Positions 54,780 through 64,000 of a stretch of DNA of 64,000 nt are shown here, one piece after another (within the stretch, counting starts at the first letter, position 1; each line of letters begins with the position of its first letter). Both the position numbers and the translations under genes were made by a program. The DNA is taken from NCBI GenBank assembly GCA_009914755.4, contig CP086569.2:14656001-14720000 (forward strand), in the 5' to 3' direction. A model generated the notes under the pieces. That model saw only the letters and a program-made list of their open reading frames with translations. It was not told where the DNA came from and did no database searches. The DNA comes from the human T2T-CHM13v2.0 reference genome, Homo sapiens.

Positions 54780-55560
54780 GCCTTGCTGAGAGACAGGAGT
54801 AGCTGGGTTTCCTAGGCTGACTAAGAATTCCTAAGCCTCGCTAGGAAGGTGACCACATCCACATTTAAACACGGGGCTTGCAACTTAGCTCACACCTGAA
54901 CAATCAGGCAGTAAAGAGACCTCACTAAAAGGCTAATTAGGCAAAAACAGGAGGTAAAGAATTAGGCAATCATCTGACCTGAGAGCAATCATCTCACCTG
55001 AGAGCACAGCAGGAGAGACAATAATCTGATCGGTATATAAATCCAGGCATTAGAGCCGGCAACGGCTACCCTCTTTGGATCCCCTCCCTTCATGTGGGAG
55101 CTCTGTTTCCACTTTATTAAATCTTGCAAGTGCACTCTTCTGGACCATGCTTGTTATCGCTTGAGCTGAGCTTTCACTGACCCTCCACTACTGCTGTTTG
55201 CTGCTGTCGCAGACCCTCCACTGACTTCCACCCCTCCAGATCCAGCAGGGTGTCCATTGTGTTGCTGATCCAGCCAGGCACCTATTGCTGCTCACTATGT
55301 GGCTAAAGGCTTGCCATTGTTCCTGCATGGCTAAGTGCCTGGGTTCGTCCTAATCGAGCTGAATACTAGTCGCTGTGTTCCACAGTTCTCTTCCGTGACC
55401 CACGGTTTCTAATAGAGCTGTAACACTCACCGCATGGCCCAAGATTCCGTTCCTTGGAATCCGTGAGGCCAAGAACCCCACATCAGAGAACAAGAGGCTT
55501 GCCGCCATCTTGGAAGTGGCCCGCCACCATTTTGGGAACTCTAGGAGCAAGGACCCCTGG
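54780..55560 (+). mobile_element. ERV-derived LTR-like segment (family not assigned) with TATA-like box and ATTAAA poly(A) signal
   Basis: Unique-looking but LTR-structured: gtatataaatccagg (about 55032-55046), then ctttattaaatcttgcaagtgc (about 55115), U5-like ...ctgtaacactcaccgcatggcccaag..., ending ...ggacccctggtaaca. The motif gagctgtaacactcaccgc recurs in several HERV LTR families. Family and boundaries uncertain. Confidence 0.35.
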
Positions 55561-55800
55561 TAACATTGCTGTCTAACTTGCCTGAAAAAGAGAAGATAGA
55601 TAGACTAAATTGTTTCAAACTAAAACAATTTGCCTTTCTCAAGAGTTATTTTATCTGTTCAATGGGGAAGAACCTGCCTTGATCCATAAATAATGACATT
55701 CAACCACCTTGGCATATTTATTTTGCAACCAGTTTAGGTCTAGGAATGTCATTGTAAGATTCATTGCTCAAAGCATGATGTTCTATGGGTAATCAGTGTG

Positions 55801-55830
55801 TGTGGGGGTGTGTGTGTGTGTACTGGATTG
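55801..55830. repeat. (GT)n short microsatellite
   Basis: gtgtgtgggggtgtgtgtgtgtgtactg. Confidence 0.8.
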
Positions 55831-56391
55831 CACCATCTTTTTTCATCTGGGTTGGAAAACAAAATCACTTTTTCTGAGGGGGATTTTTGTGAGTTACTCC
55901 CTTCTCCCTGTTTGATGCATATCTATGCAGGAAGTGGTTTTTTTTAAGACAAATGTCTGTCAGGACCTTTAATTTCACAGTGAACGTCAGAGCTAATGAA
56001 AGTTCTGCTAGCTATGAAGTGGCAATGTAGTATAAGCAAACTCACTAGGCATCTGGAACTTTCCAAGGAGTAGAATATGAAACTCATTGTATCCTGGTGG
56101 TACCAAAAGCCACTGGAGAGAGACAGTATTTATACCTGCCTGATGGATGTATCACTTCCAGGTGCTCTAGAATCTATGCCTTGATTACACGGCTGAACTA
56201 TGTCTTTGCCATTTCAAATCTTCCTTTAACAAATGGCTTTTGCTGAATGGTATGTTGTTGCAGTGCACTGTGGATGATAACTTCAGAAATTGTCCTACAA
56301 ACCTAGTCATTAGGGCTGCTCTAAAGAGGTTGTTGAGGACATCAGTCTGTTATGTCATGCCATTTTGGGGAGGAAATTTGGAGAGGCATTA

Positions 56392-56714
56392 ATTTTTTTT
56401 TCTTTTTTTCTTTTTTTGAGGTGGAGTCTGGCTCTGTCCCCCAGGCTGGAATGCAGTGGCATGATCTTAGCTCACTGCAACCTACGCTTCCTGGATTCAA
56501 GCATTTCTCCTGCCTTAGCTTGTGTGCCACCACATCCGGCTAAGTTTTTCTGCTTGTGTGCCACCACACCAGGCTATTTTTTTTTGTATTTTTTTAGTAG
56601 AGAAGGGGTTTTTCTATGTTGGCCATGCTGGTCTGAAACTCCTGACCTCAGGTGATCCATCCACTTTGGCCTCCCAAAGTGTTGGGATTACAGACCTTAG
56701 CTACCTCGTCCAGC
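56392..56714 (-). mobile_element. Alu SINE, minus orientation, with small internal duplication (gtgtgccaccaca x2)
   Basis: tttttttttctttttttctttttttgaggtggagtctggctctgtcccccaggctggaatgcagtggcatgatcttagctcactgcaacc...gtgttgggattacagaccttagctacctcgtccagcc. Confidence 0.9.
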
Positions 56715-57068
56715 CAAGAGACATTCATTCTGATTGCATTATCAGTACTTATTGTGCCTCCTTGAGAAATGGGTAGATAATTTTAGCCTATGGATGCTGT
56801 GAATTTTGCAGTCAATAGTGTTTTCCTCTTACAGTTGGTCATTAGAAAGCTAAAGCTTAAATAAAACAGCCTGTCTTTAACAAGTGTGCTGGAATTGATC
56901 ATATGCATTTAGGAAACTTGCTTTATCCCTGACAGTATTTATTTATTTCTCCTCATTTTAATTTCCTTTTATCTCATTTTTTTTTTCCCACTCACTTAAG
57001 ATGTGTTTTCCAGCTGTAATCATAAGGAGCTTTGTAAATTGTCTTGAATTATTTTAAGAGTGAAAAAT

Positions 57069-57210
57069 GGGCCTGGTGTGGTGACTCAAGCCTGTAATCC
57101 CAGCACTTTGAGAAGCTGAGGGTGGATCATGAGATCAGGAGTTCGAGATCAGCCTGGTCAAGATGGGGAAACCCCGTCTTTACTAAAAATACTAAAAATT
57201 AGCTGGGCAC
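57069..57210 (+). mobile_element. Alu left-arm fragment, interrupted at its linker by the downstream L1 insertion
   Basis: gggcctggtgtggtgactcaagcctgtaatcccagcactttgagaagctgagggtggatcatgagatcaggagttcgagatcagcctggtcaagatggggaaaccccgtctttactaaaaatactaaaaattagctgggcac, then abrupt switch to a pyrimidine repeat. Confidence 0.85.
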
Positions 57211-57385
57211 CTTCCCTCCCTTCCCTTCCCTTTCCTTTCCCTCCTTGCCTCCTTCCCTCCCTTTCTTCCATTTTCCCTCCCTTCTCCCTCCCTCCCATCC
57301 TTTCTTTTGTCTTTCTTTCTTTCCCTTCCCTCCCTCCCTCTCAGTCTCTTTTTCTCTCTATTCTTCTTTATCTTAAGGATTTTTT
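57211..57385. repeat. Roughly 175-bp polypyrimidine (CCTTC/CCCT/CTTT)n tract; appears to be the degenerate 3' tail of the minus-strand L1 (purine-rich GGAAG-like on the L1 strand)
   Basis: cttccctcccttcccttccctttcctttccctccttgcctccttccctccctttcttccattttccctcccttctccctccctcccatcctttcttttgtctttctttctttcccttccctccctccctctcagtctctttttctctctattcttctttatc; almost no purines on the + strand. Confidence 0.85.
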
Positions 57386-63185
<5,800 letters not shown>

Positions 63186-63646
63186 TTTCTCTTATTTAAA
63201 CCCTGCATTTTCTCCAATCTGTTATCACACAGGAATATACACACTGACACCAACTGAGCTATTGCTGTTAATACAATGAACACAGTATTGACAGAGTGGC
63301 CTTTCCATTATCATTAAATAGGCCAGAAGCCATTCATTGTACATCTCTGTGCTTAAAATTTTCAGCTGGGGCTCCCATAACTTAAGGCAGAGAGAAAGTC
63401 TTTCGTGGAAATCAACATAAACATTTACTACACATAAGAATGGAGAGAAATTTGCTGTTTGTTAGAAAATTGGGCTCAAGTCAAACTGTCTAACTAAATG
63501 ATACTCACTTTAACTCACTGCAAATGACTAATTCTGCATCAAATTCCACATAAGGAGAACTGTTTGCAGGGAGAACTGTGAGAGCCTCAGGGGCCAGGAC
63601 AAGCCCTGAACTGTGCAAGCAGAGATCATTTAAGAGTTCAGCTGTC

Positions 63647-63760
63647 CATTCAGAGATTCATCTTCTTCCTGGTTTAGTCTTGGGAGGGTGTATGTGTCAA
63701 GGAATTTATCTTCTAGATTTTCTAGTTTATTTGTGTAGAGGTGCTCCCCAAACCTCCATT
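63647..63760 (-). mobile_element. Short L1 ORF2-region fragment, minus orientation
   Basis: cagagattcatcttcttcctggtttagtcttgggagggtgtatgtgtcaaggaatttatc..ttctagattttctagtttatttgtgtagaggtg is colinear with L1 sequence at about 24040-24130 of this window. Confidence 0.8.
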
Positions 63761-64000
63761 TCTCTCTGGAATTAATTAAAAATGGATAAATTATTAATAT
63801 TAATTAAAAGATTAATACATCTCAAGCACCCAAGCTAAAAAAGTCAAAATCCTCCTTCGTTGCTCCTTGTCCTTTATCTATCTAGCTGTCTGCAATGTCC
63901 TTCTGATAAATCTCTCAGACAGTTTTGCTATCTCCTCTGATATCACTGAAGCATTTACTGTCCCTAAAATGTGGTAATTGCACAGCCCCAGTTTTTCTCC

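Overview
This window is primate, specifically catarrhine, nuclear genomic DNA. Near-consensus AluY elements, L1PA-type LINEs and THE1/MST MaLR LTRs identify it. It is not a prokaryotic or otherwise novel 'system' locus. Interspersed repeats dominate: about 28 Alu elements or Alu fragments, two tandem full-length L1s on the minus strand (21317-27361 and 27459-33603), an older 5'-truncated L1 (57386-63185), MaLR LTRs, hAT DNA-transposon relics, a MIR fragment, and several microsatellites and homopolymer tracts.

The one gene-like structure is the 5' end of an ANOS1 (KAL1, anosmin-1) paralog on the plus strand:
- a CpG-island promoter (about 1975-3700) with a CCAAT box and GC boxes;
- a 69-codon first coding exon (2429-2635) encoding an anosmin-like signal peptide and N-terminus, ending in an intact GT donor;
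- a 38.9-kb repeat-filled intron 1;
- a 16-codon exon 2 (41546-41593) with intact AG/GT splice sites but an in-frame TGA at the codon aligned to Gln82 of anosmin-1.

This unit differs from human X-linked ANOS1 at about 12 of 85 residues and carries a nonsense codon. That is the signature expected of the Y-linked gametolog pseudogene KALP/ANOS2P. I identified this from my memory of the anosmin-1 sequence and could not check it by alignment here.

No rRNA, tRNA, CRISPR or operon-like organisation is present. Six-frame ORFs outside the L1 ORF1/ORF2 remnants look like chance or compositional artefacts. Secondary observations worth a look:
- a roughly 146-bp-armed inverted repeat around a MIR fragment;
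- two Alus sharing the same 12-bp target-site duplication;
- a 170-bp direct repeat pair 3.7 kb apart;
- an L1 whose tail has become a 175-bp polypyrimidine tract inside an Alu;
- two young AluY insertions with intact TSDs;
- an ERV-LTR-like segment with TATA and poly(A) signals.
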